A stretch of DNA of 64,000 nucleotides from the human T2T-CHM13v2.0 reference genome, Homo sapiens, in assembly GCF_009914755.1 (NCBI RefSeq), contig NC_060947.1; one strand, 5' to 3'. The translations under genes and the position numbers were made by a program. The notes under the pieces are model-generated. The model did not search any database, had not been told where the DNA came from, and saw only the letters and a list, made by a program, of their open reading frames with translations. Every line of letters starts with the position of its first letter. Position 1 is the stretch's first letter. Below, piece after piece: positions 1 through 13,435 of this stretch.

Positions 1-1472
1 AAACCAACTCTGGTAATATGAAAAAACAAAACCCCAAAATCACACAAGTTCACCAGCAATTAATCCAAAACAAGATGAAAAATCCCTGATTTACCTGAAA
101 AAGAATTCAGGAAGTTAGTTATTAAGCTAATCAGGGAGGCACCAGAGAAAGGGGAAGCCCAATGCAAGGAAATCCAAAAAACGATACAAGAAGTAAAGGG
201 AGAAATATTTAAAAAAAAAAAAGTTCAAAAAAGCAATTTAAAATTCAAGAAACAATGGACACACTTACAGAAATGTGAAATGCTCTGGAAAGTCTCAGCA
301 ATAGAATTGAACAAGTAGAAGAAAGAAATTCAGAGCATGAAGACGAGGTCTTCAAATTAACCCAATCCAGCAAAGACAAAGAAAAAAAGAATAAGGAAAT
401 ATGAACAAAGCCTCCGCGGAGTCTGGCATTATGTTGAATGATCAAATCTAAGAATAATTGGTGTTCCTGAGGAAGAAAAGAAATCTAAACGTTTGGAAAA
501 CATATATGGGGGAATAATTGAGGAAAACTTCCCAGGCCTTGCTAGAGACCAAGACAACCAAATAAAAGAATCACACACACACACACACACAAAATACAAA
601 AAATAAATAAAACAAAAAATGGTTATTTGAAAAGATAAATAAGTTGATACACCATTATTGATATTAACCAAAAAAGAAGAAAGTAAACACAAATAACTTC
701 AATAAGAAATGAAACAGGAGACGTTACAACTGATATAACTGAAATACAAAAGATCATTCAAGGCTACTGTGAACATCTTTAGGCACATAAACTAGAAAAC
801 CTGGAAGAGATGAATAAATTCCTAGAAAAATACAGCCCTCCTAGATTAAATCAGAAAGAATTAGATACCCTGGACAGATCAAAAAAAGGCAGAGAGATTG
901 AAATGATAATTTAAAAATTACCAACAAAAAATGTCCAAGACCAGACAAATTTACAGAAGAATTTTACCAGTTCATTCAAAGAAAAGTTGGTACAAATACT
1001 TTTCACACTATTCCACAAGGTAGAGACAAAAAGGAACCCACTCTAATTCATTACATGAAGTCAGCGTCACCCTAATCCCAAAACCAGGAAAGGACATAAC
1101 CAAAAGAAGAAACTACAGACCAATATCCCTGACGAACATACATGCTAAAATCTTTAGCAAAATACTAGCTAACCGAATCCAACAACGTATCAAAAAATAA
1201 TCCACCATGATGAAGTGGTTTTCATACCAGGGACGCAGGGATGTTTTAAGATATGCGAGTCAATAAATGTGATACACCACATAAACAGAATTAAAAGCAA
1301 AAATCACATAATTATCTCAATAGATGCAGAAAAAGCATTTGACAAAACCCAGCATCTGTCTATGATTAAAACTCTCAGCAATATTGACATACAAGAGATG
1401 TACCTCAATGTAATAAAAGCCATCTATGACAAGCCCACAGCCAACAAAATACTGAATGAGGAAAAGTTGAAG
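1..1472 (+). mobile_element. L1PB-like LINE-1 fragment (ORF1 5' part, internal deletion, then ORF2 RT region); continues off the left edge
   Basis: ORF1-like sequence to ~570, then a jump to ORF2 at ~620. ORF 1215-1625 begins with L1 RT motifs ([40 protein letters not shown]) before running into the next element. Confidence 0.85.
572..591. repeat. (CA)10 microsatellite at the ORF1/ORF2 deletion junction
   Basis: Direct reading. Confidence 0.95.
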
Positions 1473-4400
1473 TGGTCTGGCTCGGCGGGTCCCACCCCCA
1501 CGGAGCCCAGCAAACTAAGATCCACTGGCATGAAATTATCGCTGCCAACACAGCAGCAGCCTGAAATGGACCTGGGATGCTCAAGCTCGGCTGGGGGAGG
1601 AGCATCCGCCATTGCTGCGGCTTGAGTAGGCACTTTTACCCTTATGATGTAAACAAAGCCTCCTGGAAGTTCGAACTGGGCAGAGCTCACTGCAGCTCAG
1701 CAAGGCTGCTGTGGTCAGACTGCCAGATTTCTCCTCTCTGGGCAGGGCATCTCTGAAAAAAAGGCAGCAGCCCCAGTCAAGGATTTATAGATAAAACCGC
1801 TATCTCCCTGGGAGAGAGCACTTGGGGGAAGGGGCGGCTGTGGGCACAGCTTCAACAGACTTAAAAGTCCCTGCCTGATGGCTCTGAAGGGAGCAGCGGA
1901 CCTCCCAGCACAGCGATGGAGCTCTGCTAAGGGTCAGACTGCCTCCTCAAGTGGGTCCCTGACCCCCATGTATCCTGACTGTGAGACACCTCCCAGTAGG
2001 GGCTGACAGACACCTCATATAGGAGAGCTCCAGCTGGCATCTGGCAGGTGCCCTGCTGGGAAGAAACTTCCAGAGGAAAAAACAGGCAGCTCTTTGCTAT
2101 TCTGCAGCCTCCTCTAGTGATACCCAGGCAAAAAAGGTCTGGAGTGGACCTCTAGCAGACTGCAGCAGACCTGCAGCAGAGGGACTTGACTGTTAGAAGG
2201 AAAACTAACAAACAGAAAGCAATAGCACATCCACTCAAAGACCGCATCCGAAGGTCACAGACATCAAAGAACAAAGGTAGATAAATCCACAAAAATGGGA
2301 AGAAACAAGTGCAAAAATTCTGAAAATTCCCAAAACCAGAATGACTCTTCTCCAAAGGATCACAACTCCTCGCCAGAAAGGGAACAAAACTGCACAGGGA
2401 ATGAGTTTGACGAATTGACAGAAGTAGGCTTCAGAAGGTGGGTAATAACAAACTCCTCCAAGCTAAAGGAGCATGTTCTAACCCAATGCAAGGAAGCTAA
2501 GAACCTTGAAAAAAGGTTAGATGAATTGCTATCTAGAATGACCAGTTTAGAGAAGAACATAAATGACCTGATGAAGCTGAAAAACACAGCATGAGAACTT
2601 CATGAAGCATACACAAGTATCAATAGCCTAATGGATCAAGCAAAAGAAAGGATATCAGAGATGAAAGATCAACTTAATGAAATCAAGTGAGAAGACAAGA
2701 TTAGAGAGAAAAAAATTAAAAGGAACAAAGCCTCCAAGAAATATGGGACTATGTGAAAAGACCAAATCTATGTTTGATTAGTGTACCTGAAAGTAACGGG
2801 GACAATGGAACTCAGTTGGAAAACACTCTTCAGGATATTATCCAAGAGAACTTCCCCAACCTAGCAAGGCAGGCCAACATTCAAGTTCAGAAAATACAGA
2901 GAACACCACAAAGATACTCTTCGAGAAGAGCAACCCAAAGATACATAATCAACAGATTCACCAAGGATGAAATGAAGGGAAAAATGTTAAGGGCAGCCAG
3001 AGAGAAAGGTCGGGTTACCCACAAAGGGAAGCCAATCATACTAACAGCAGATCTCTCGGCAGAAACCCTATATGCCAGAAGAGAGTGAAGGCCAATATTC
3101 AACATTCTTCAAGGTGCAGGTGCACATGTACCCTAAAACTTAAAGTATAATAAAAAAAAAAGAATTTTCCACCCAGAATTTCATATCCAGCCAAACTAAC
3201 CTTCATAAGTGAAGGACAAATAAAATCCTTTACAGACAAGCAAATGCTGAGAGATTTTGTCACCACCAGGCCTGCCTTACAAGAGTACCTGAAGGAAGCA
3301 CTAAACATGGAAAGGAAAAACTGGTACCAGCAACTGCAAAAACATACCAAATTGTAAAGACCATCGACACTATGAAGAAACTGCATCAGCTAATGGACAA
3401 AATAACCAGCTAGCATCATAATGACAGGATCAAATTCACACATAACAATATTAACCTTAAATGTGAACAGGTGAAATGTCCCAGTTAAGACACAGACTGG
3501 CACATTGGATAGAGTCAAGACCTCTTGGTGTGCTATATTCATGAGACCCATCTCACATGCAAAGACACACATAGGCTCAAAAAAAGAAATGGAGGAATAT
3601 TTACCAAGCAAATGGAAAGCAAAAAAAAATCAGGAGTTGCAATCCTAATCTCTGATAAAAAAGACTTTAAACCAACAAAGATCAAAAGAGACAATGAAGG
3701 GCAATACATAATGGTAAAGGGATCAATGCAATAAGAAGCACTATCCTAAATATTATATGCACCCAATACAGGAGCACCCAAATTCATAAAGCAAGTCCTT
3801 AGAGACCTGCAAAGAGCCTTAGACTCCCACACAATAATAATGGGAGACATTAACACCCCACCGTCGATATTAGACATATCAATGGGATAGAAACTTAACA
3901 AGGATATTCAGGACTTTACCTCAGGTCTGGACCAAGCAGACTTAATAGACATCTACAGAACTCTTCACCCCAAATGAACAGGATATACATTCTTCTCAGC
4001 ACCTCATCTCACTTATTCTAAAATTTGCCACATAATTGGAAGTAAAACACTCCTCAGCAAATGCAAAAAACGGAAATCATAACAGTCTCTCAGACCACAG
4101 TGCAATCAAATTAGAACTCAGGATTAAGAAACCCACCCAAAACCACACAAATACATGGAAATTGAACAACCTGCTCCTGAATGACTACTGCATAAATAAT
4201 GAAACGAAGTCACAAATAAAGGTGTTCTCTGAAATCAATGAGAATGAAAACACAACGTACCAGAATCTCTGGGACACATTTAAAGCACTGTGTAGAGGGA
4301 AATGTATAGCACTAAATGCCCACAGGAGAAAGGAGGAAAGATCTAAAATTGACACCCTAACCTCAAAATTTAAAGAACTAGAGAAGCAACAGCAAACAAA

Positions 4401-7400
4401 TTCAAAAGCCAGCAGAAGACAGGAAATAACTAAGATCAGAGCTGAACTAAAGGAGATAGAGACACGAAAAATGCTTCAAAAAATCAATAAATCCAGGAGC
4501 TTGTTTTTTGAAAAGATCAACAAAATAGACTGCTAGCTCGGCTAATAAAGAAGAAAAGAGAGAAGAATCAAATAGTTGCAATAAAACATGATATAGGGGA
4601 TATCACCACTGATCAAACAGAAATACAAACTACCATCAGAAAATACTATAAACACCTCTATGCAAATAAACTAGAAAATCTAGAAAGGATGGATAAATTC
4701 CTGGACACATACACCCTCCGAAGACTAAACCAGGAAGAAGTTGAATCCCTGAATAGAATAATAACAAGTTCTGAAACTGAGGCAGTAATTAATAGCCTAC
4801 CAACCAAAAAAAAAAAGCCCAGGACCAGATGGATTCACATCCGAATTCTATCAGAGGTACAAAAGGAGTTGGTGCCATTCCCTCTGAAACTATTCCAAAC
4901 AATAGAAAAAGAAGGAAGCCTCCCTAATTCATTTTATGAGGCCAGCATCATCCTGACCCCAAAATCTGGCAGAAACCCAACAACAAAAAAGAAAATTTCA
5001 GGCCAGTATTTCTGATGAACATTGATGCAAAAATCCTCAATAAAATACTGGCAAAACAAATCCAGCAGCACATCAAAAAGCTTATCCACCACGACAAAGT
5101 TGACTTCATACCTGGGATGCAAGGTTGGTTCAACATACACAAATCAATAAACGTAATCCATCACATAAACAGAACCAATTAAAAATCCACATGATTATCT
5201 CAATAGATGCAAAAAAGTCCTTAGACAAAATTCAACACCACTTCATGCTAAAAACTCTCAATAAACTAGGAATGTATCTCAAAATAACAAGAGCTATTTA
5301 TGACAAACCCACAGCCAATATCATACCGAATGGGCAAAAACTGGAAGCATTCCCTTTAAAAACCGGCACAAGATAAGAATGCCATCTCTCACCACTCCTA
5401 CTAAACACAGTATTGGAAGTTGTGGCCAGTGTAATCAGACAAGAGAAAGAAATAAAGAGTATTTAAATAGGAAGAGAGGACGTCAAATTGTCCCTGTTTG
5501 CAGATGACATTATTGTGTATTTAGAAAACCCCATCATCTCAGCCCAAAATCTCGCTAAGCTGATAAGCAACTTCAGCAAAGTCTCTGGATACAAAATCAA
5601 TGTGCAAAAATCACAAGCATTCCTATACACCAATAACAGACAAACAGAGAACAAAATCATGAGTGAACTCCCATTCACAATTGCTACTAAAAGAATAAAA
5701 TACCTAAGAATACAACTTACATGGGATGTAAAGGACTTCTTCAAGGAGAACTAAAAACAACTACTCAAAGAAATAAGAAGTGACACAAACAAATGGAAAA
5801 ACATTCCATGCTCATGGATAGGAAGAATCAATATCATGAAAATGGCCATACTCCCCAAAATACTTTATAGATTCAATGCTATGCCCATCAAGGTACCATT
5901 GACGTTCTTCACAGAATTGGAAAAAACTACTTTAAACTTCATGTGGAACCAAAAAAGACCCTACATAGCTAAGACAATCCTAAACAAAAAGAACAAAGCT
6001 GGAGGCATCACACTACCTGACTTCAAACTGTACTACAAGTCTACAGTAACCAAAACAGCATGGCACTGGTACCAAAACAGATATATAGACCAATGGAACA
6101 GAACACAGGCCACAGAAATAACACCGCACATCTACAACCATCTGATCTTTGACAAACATGACAAAAACAAGAAATGGGGAAATGATTCCTTATTTAATAA
6201 ATGGTGTTGGGAAAACTGGCTAACCATATACAGAAAACTGAAACTAGATCCCTTCCTTACACCTTGTACAAAAATTAATTCAAGATGGATTCAAGACTTA
6301 AAAGTAAAACCTAAAACCATAAAAATCCTAGAAGAAAACCTAAGCAATACCATTCAGGGCATAGGCATGGGCAAGGACTTCATGTCTAAAACACCAAAAA
6401 CAATGGCAACAAAAGCCAAAATTGACAAGTGGGATCTAATTAAACTAAAGAGCTTCTGCACAGCAAAACAAACTATCATCAGAGTGAACAGCAACCTACA
6501 GAATGGGAGAAAATTTTTGCAATCTATCCATCTGACAAAGGGCTAATATCCAGAATCTACAAAGAACTTAAACCAATTTATAAGAAAAAAACAAACAACC
6601 TCATCAAAAGGTGGGCAAAAGATATGAACAGACACTTCTCAAAAGAAGACATTTATGCAGCCAACAAACATCAAAAAATGCTCATCATCACTGGTCATTA
6701 GAGAAATGCAAATCAAAACCATAATGAGATATCATCTCCAGCCAGTAAGAATGATGATCATTAAAAAGTGAGGAAACAACAGATGCTGGAGAGGCTGTGG
6801 AGAAATAGGAACACTTTTACACTGTTGGTGGGAGTGTAAATTATTTCATCCATTGTGGTAGATAGTGTGGTGATTCCTCAAGGATCTAGAACTAGAAATA
6901 CAATTTGTCTCAGCAATCCCATTATTTGGTATATACCCAAAGTATTATAAATCATTCTACTATAAAGACACATGCGCACATATGTTTATTGCAGCACTAT
7001 TCACAATAGCAAAGACTTGAAACTAACCCAAATGTCCATTAATGATAGACTGGATTAAGAAAATATGGTACATATACACCATGGAATACTATGCAGCTAT
7101 AAAAAAAGATGTGTTTCTGTCCATTGCAGGGAAATGGATGAAGCTGGAAATCGTCATTCTCAGCAAACTACCACAAGAACAGACAATCAAACACCACATG
7201 TTCTCACTCATAAGTGGGAGTTGAACAATGAGAACACATGGACACAGGGTGGGGAACATCACACACCTGGGCCTGTCGGGGGTTGGGTGGCTAAGGGAGG
7301 GATAGCATTAGCAGAAGTATCTAATGTAGGTGACGGATTGCTGGGTGCAGCAAACCACCATGGCACATGTATACCTATTTAACAAAACTGCACTTTCTGC

Positions 7401-7434
7401 ACATGTACCCCAGAATGTAAAGTATAATAAAAAA
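1470..7434 (+). mobile_element. Near-full-length L1PA7/L1PA8-type LINE-1, 5' UTR truncated, ORF1 (from 2295) and ORF2 (from 3421) disrupted
   Basis: ORF1 start MGRNKCKNSENS; ORF2 fragments with EN, RT ([14 protein letters not shown]) and C-terminal motifs; 3' UTR 'ctaatgtaggtgacgg..gcagcaaaccaccatggcac' and terminal 'aagtataataaaaa'. Multiple stops and frameshifts. Confidence 0.92.
3110..3160 (+). mobile_element. Miniature young L1PA 3'-terminal insertion (~50 bp) inside ORF1
   Basis: 'tgcacatgtaccctaaaacttaaagtataataaaaaaaaa' is an L1PA 3' terminus (same as 33868-33900 here), interrupting the ORF1 sequence '..aacattctt|aaagaaaagaattttc..'. Confidence 0.9.
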
Positions 7435-7460
7435 TTATTTTAATTAAAATATTTTAAAAT

Positions 7461-7655
7461 ATAAAAAAATGATACAATGAACTTTGGGGACTCGGGATGA
7501 AAGGGTGGGAAGGGTGTAAGGGATAAAAGACTACAAATATGGTGCAGTGTATACTGCTCAGGTGATGGGTGCACCAAAATCTCACAAAATACCACTTAAG
7601 GACTTACTCATGTAACCAAATATCACCTGTTCCTCAATAACCTATATAATAAAAT
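7461..7655 (+). mobile_element. L1PB 3' UTR end (probably the remainder of the element at 1-1472)
   Basis: 'aatgatacaatgaactttggggactcggg..gggataaaagactacaaa..ggtgatgggtgcaccaaaatctcacaaa..catgtaaccaaa' matches remembered L1PB1-type 3' end. Confidence 0.8.
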
Positions 7656-7680
7656 AGATTGTGGGGCTGCAAATATATAT

Positions 7681-8270
7681 ATTCACAACAGACAATATTT
7701 GGAAGCAACCTAAATGTTTATCACCAGATGAATGGATAAAGAAAATATGGTACATATGCACAATCGAGTATTATTCAGCCTTAAAAAGAATGAGATCTTG
7801 TTGTGTGCAACAACATGGATAGAACTGGAGTTCATTATGTTAAGTGAGATAAGCCAGTCACAGAAGGACAAACTTTGCACGTTCTCACTTATTTGTGGGA
7901 ACTAAAAATTAAGACAATTAAACTCCTGGAGATAGATTGTAGAAAGATGGTTACCAGAGGCTGAGAAGGGTCGTGAGGTATGGGGGAAATTTGGGGATGG
8001 TTATGTATTACCAAAAAGTAGTAGAAAGGAAAACTGAGAGCTGTTATTTGCTAGCACAACAGGGTGATGATAGTCATAAATAATTTAATTGTACACTTTA
8101 AAATAATTAAAAGAGTATAATTGGATTTCTTGTAATACATAGGATAAAGGCTTTAGGTGATGCATTCCCCATTTGCCTTGATGTAATTAATATGCATTGC
8201 ATGCCTTTATCAAAATATCACATGTAATCCATAACTGTATACACCTATTTACCCACAAAAATTAAAATTA
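7681..8270 (+). mobile_element. L1MA (L1MA2/3-like) 3' end
   Basis: ORF2 tail plus 3' UTR motifs 'gcacaacagggtga..aataatttaattgtacac..aaaagagtataattgga'. Confidence 0.8.
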
Positions 8271-8279
8271 GAAAATGTT

Positions 8280-10805
8280 AAAACACATAAAAAGCAAGAA
8301 ATTAAAAACTTATTACCAGAGAACATTGCAAAGGAAGAAAAATGAAAAGGAAAAAAGAGAGAACCAACAAAGGAACCAGAAAAAATAATAACAAAATGGC
8401 AATAGTAAGTTGGTTTCTATCAATAATAACATTAAATGGAAAGGGAGTAAGCTCTCCAATCAAAAGACTTAGCATGGCTAAATAGATAAAAAGACAAGGC
8501 CCAACTATATGTTTTCTTAAAAAAAAAACTCACTTCATCTATAAAGACACATAGAGACTGAAAATTGAAAAAGTGTGAAAAGATATTTCACTCAAATGAA
8601 AACCAAAAAGGAGCAGGAGTAGCTATACTTTTATCAAATAAAATAGATTTTGAGAAAAAAACTATAAAAAGAGACAAAGAAGGTAATTATATAACAATTA
8701 AGGGGTCAATTCAGAAACAGAGTATAAGAATTGTAAATGTATATGGACCCAACACCAGAGCGCCCAGACATATGAAGCAAATATTAGAGTTAAGAGCAAC
8801 TCCGCCAAAATACTGTTAGAACTAACAACAAATTTATTAAAGAATTAAATACAAGAGTAACATACCAAAATCAGTAGCATTTCTATATGCCAACAGCAAA
8901 CAATCAGAAAAAAAAAGAAGAGGGATCTTGTTGTGTGTAACAACGCTGACAGAAACTACCAATAAAATAAAATACCTGGGAATAAACTTAACCAAAGAAG
9001 TGAAAGGTCTCTATAATGAAAACTATAAAACACTGATGAAAGAAATTGAAGAGGAAACAAAAAAAGTGGAAAGATACTCCATGTTCATGGATTGGAAGAA
9101 TAAATATTAAAATGTCTGTACTACTCAAAGCAATCTACAGATGCAGTACAATCTCTATAAAAATACTTATCACATTCTTAAATAGAAAACAGTCCTAAAA
9201 TTTATTTGGAACCATAAAAGGCCCAAAATAGCCAAAGCCATCCTGAGAAAAACAAAGAAGCTGGAGGCGTCACATCACTTGACTTCAAATTATACTAAAA
9301 ACTATAGTAACCAAAATAGCATGATGCTGGTATAAAAACAGAAACAGACAAATGGAACAAAATAGAGAACCCAGAAATAAATTTATGTATTTACAGTCAG
9401 CTAATTTCCAACAAATGTTTCAAGAACATACACTGGGGGAATCACACAATCTTCAATAAATATTTATGGTAAAACTGGATATCTATATGCAGAAGAATAA
9501 AATTACACCTCTATTTCTTGCCATATACAAAATTCAAAACAAAGTGGATTAAAGATTTAACTCCAAGACCTGAAATTATGAAACTACTAAAAGAAAACAC
9601 TGGAGAAACATTCCAGCACATTGGTCTGGGAAAATATTTTTTAAGCAAGACTTCAAAAAGACAGGCAACCAAAGCAAAACTAGACAAATGGGATCATACC
9701 AAGTTAAAAATCTTCTGCACAGCAAAGAAAACAATCATCAAAGTGAAGAGACAAACCACAGAATAAAAGAAAGTATTTGCAAACTACCCATCTGACCAGA
9801 AATTAATAATCAGAATAAACAAAAAGCTCAAAAAAATTCAACAGGGAAAAATCAGTTTGACTAAAAGATGGGCAAAAGATCTGAATAGACATTTTTCAAA
9901 ACAAGACATACAAATGGCCAACATGTATATGAAAAAATGTTAACATCACTAAACATTTGAGAAATGCAAATCAAAACTACAATATCATCGCATTTCAGTT
10001 AAAATGATAATAACAAATGTTGACAAGGATACAGAAAAAGGAGAGCTCTTATACACTGTGGGAATGTATAAGAGCCACTAGGGATAATGGTATGGAGGTT
10101 CCTTGCAAAACTAAAAATACAACTACCATATGATCCAGCAATCCCACTCCTGAGTATATATCCAAAAGAAAGAAAAGCAGTATATTGAAAAGATATCTGA
10201 ACACCCATGTTTATCACAGCCACTATTCTTGATAGCCAACATATAGAATCAACCTAAATGTCTACAAAGATGAACAAAGATTAATGTGATATGTATAAAC
10301 ACTGTAACGTTATTCAGCCATAAAAAGTAATGAAATCCTGTCATCTATAACAGCATGGATGTAGCTGGAGGACATTATGCTAAGTGAAATAAGCCAGGCA
10401 CAGAAAGACAAATATTGCATGTTCTCACTAATATGTGAGAGCTAAAACAATCGAACTCATGGAGATAGAGTAGAATGATGGTTACCAGAGTTAAGGAAAG
10501 GTAGCAGGGAGGGAAAGATAAAGTGGGGATAATTAATGTGTCCAAAATTCAGTTAGATAGAATGAATAAGATCCAGTATACAGTATTACAATAGGATGAC
10601 TATCATTAACAATAATTTATTGTATATTTTTAAATAGCTACAATAGTAAAATTTGAATATTTCTAACTCCAAGAAAGAATAAGTACTTGTGAAGGATACC
10701 AAAAGCAATCCTGAGGTGATCATTACACATTGTGTGCCTGCATCAAAACATCACACATACCCTATAAATATATACATTTATTATGTACCCATAATGATTA
10801 ATGAA
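8280..10805 (+). mobile_element. Old L1MA (L1MA4/5-like) element with a large internal ORF2 deletion near 8795
   Basis: EN-domain fragment (ORF 8565: KGAGVAILLSNKIDF..IVNVYGPN), jump to late RT (KIKYLGINLTKEVK), C-terminus and L1MA-type 3' UTR. Confidence 0.8.
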
Positions 10806-11654
10806 TTTTTTAAAATTCAGTATCTGGGTTGAGATGGGGGAACCTACAGACCATACCAGAACTGTACATGAAAAGGAAAGTACTAGCAGTAGGCATGTTT
10901 GAATATAGTTAGAAAGAAATAGGGTAGGATAAAGATCTTTAATCAGCTACTGCATTTGAAATCATGGGTCTTGCCACTCTGGATGTAGTTTCATTTCTAT
11001 TAACCAATGAACTTACATGGTACAAATATAACATTAAACCAAATTAACTTGGTACTGGAATTGACCTTCCTTGGCACCTTATTAAGGTTGTCAAAATGAG
11101 AGTTATGGGTGGGGAAGGGATTCTTAAAATTCTGCAGGTGGGAGCTGGCTTATGGAAATTTATGTTTTAATATTTTATCTTTGTGATGCTATTGCATCCT
11201 GAGCTTGTGGATTGAAAAATTTCTATCTACTTGGAATTTAAGTATGGTCCTTTTTTTTTTTAAAAAAAGAAAGTTTTCAGAAGCATCTCTTTAATTCTTG
11301 GATCAAAAAGTGTTGAGTAATAACATCCCATGGAGCTTTTGATTATTTTTAGATGATCTGTTTTCTCTGCAAATATTCTTTAGGTTTATATAAGGTGGTT
11401 TGACAGAAAAGAGTATAGTCTCTGTGATTAAACTAATTTTTATCTCTGTGTCAATACTAATTTGGCAATAAAGAATAATTAATAAATAGACCTTTCTTGG
11501 GCACTTACTGTATATACAACACTGTATGAGGAATAAAAAATATAAAAACTGACCTTACCCTTAGAGGTCTAAAAATCTTACAGGAGAGACAAGATACACA
11601 TACCTGAAAGAAACAAAAACACAAAGCATAATATAGTTGTTAAGTGGTATGGAA

Positions 11655-12250
11655 CAACGTAGAATAGTGGCTAAGAACACATGCTTTGGAGTCATTCATT
11701 CTTTCACAAACCTTTAACGATCACTTATTATATGTTATGTACTATGCTAGGTTTTGGAGATACAACAATTAGCAAGACCAACAGATTATCTGACCTTTTA
11801 GAGGTTAAATCCTAGTTGGGAGAATCAGATAATGTACCTAACCTTTCTAAGCCTCTGTGCCCTCATGTGTAAAATACTGAAAATCCCATCCATTATTCAG
11901 GATTATTGGGAAGATTAGACAGGTCAATATTTGTAAAATTCCTGGCATGCAGGAGACACTCAAGCCATAGGCTATAAGGATTATATATCTTCTCAAAAAA
12001 CATGTGTTTCCTCCCAAAGGGAGCTGTGGTGTAATTGAAATATCATGGATCTTTTGGTGGATTTTGAATTTTGACTTGTTCATTTAACTGTGTGACTACA
12101 GTAAAGCTCTATAAGCACTCTGAAGCTATACTTTCATGTATAAAATGTACATAATACTTGTTTCATAGAGATGATTTTTAGGATTAAATAATATAATATT
12201 TGTAAAGTGCCTATTCCTTTGCCTGACACATATTAGGTGTTTCTTCAATA
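11655..12250. mobile_element. Cluster of MIR fragments (+) with an L2 3' fragment (-) at ~11693-11830
   Basis: MIR motifs 'agtggctaagaacacatgctttggagtca', 'ctctgtgccctcatgtgtaaaat', 'tgtaaagtgcct'; L2 tail 'ttcattctttcacaaac..atgctaggttttggagatacaac'. Confidence 0.6.
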
Positions 12251-12379
12251 GTCAAGTTCACAGGATTTATTGACCAAAGAGCACTGGACTAATCAGGTCC
12301 CTTGTGATAGATGAGGAGGCCTTGAAGGACGTGAAGGAATAAATAATAAAGTACTTTTCAAAGACTTCTCCCCAACCAC

Positions 12380-12400
12380 CAGCAGCAGCAGCAGCAGCAG
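12380..12400. repeat. (CAG)7 microsatellite, intergenic
   Basis: Direct reading. Confidence 0.95.
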
Positions 12401-13435
12401 CAATTGGAAGCATTTTCAAAATGAAAATCCTTAGAACCTATGCTAGATCTACTGAATCTGAAACTTTGGGAGTGGGAAATAGTGATCCGTGGGTTTTTTT
12501 AAACTTTTACTTTGAAATAATTATAAATTCATTGATAGTTGTAAGAAATAATACCAGGATAACCCATATACCCTTTACCCAATGGTGTCATATTGCATAG
12601 CTATAGTACAATACTACAACCATGAAATTGGCACTCACACAATCCACCAATCTTATTCCACTTTACCAGTTTAACTTAGACTCGTGTGTGTGTGTGTGTG
12701 TGTGCGTGTGCGTGTGTGTGTTAATTCTGTACAATTTTTATCATGGTACATTCATGTGGCTATCACTACAGCCAAGATACAGAAAAGTACTATCACCACA
12801 AAGGTTCCTCATACTATCCTTAACTCATTCCCTCCTGCCCTGTCCCTAATTACTGGCAACCACTAATCTGTTCTCCATTTTTTATAATATTGCCATTTAA
12901 AGAATGCTTTATAAATGGATTCATATAACACAGTATGTGACCTTTTGAGATTGGCTTCTTTTACTTAACGTAATTCTCTGGAGATTTGTTCAAGTGTTGC
13001 ATCTATCAATAATTAATTATTTTTTATTGTTGAGTAGTATTTCATGGTATAAATGTACACAGTTTAAAAAGGAACTCACTGAAGAACATCTGGTTGTTTT
13101 TAGTCACTGGCTATTATGAACAAAGCTGCTATGAATACTCATGCACAAGTTACTGTGTAAGCATAAGCTTTTATTCATCTGGCATAAATGCACAACTGTG
13201 CAATCACTGGATTATATAAACTGTGCATGTGTGATTTTGTAATAACCGTTATACTCTTTGCAAGAGTGAGTTTGTCAATTTTCATTCACACCAGCAATGT
13301 AGAAATTCTCCAGATTCTGTCCATTTTTGCCAGCATTTAGTGTAATATATAATTTTTTAAAAAAATTTAGCCTTGTAAAAGATGTGTAGTGATATCTCAT
13401 TTTGAGTCTAATTTGCATTTCCTTAATGGCTAACA

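Noticed and set aside
1215-1625. Chimeric ORF joining RT sequence to an unrelated tail
   Set aside because: Accidental read-through across an L1/L1 junction; GTG start, no promoter evidence.
12380-12400. (CAG)7 as a polyglutamine or expansion locus
   Set aside because: Short, intergenic, not in any credible ORF.
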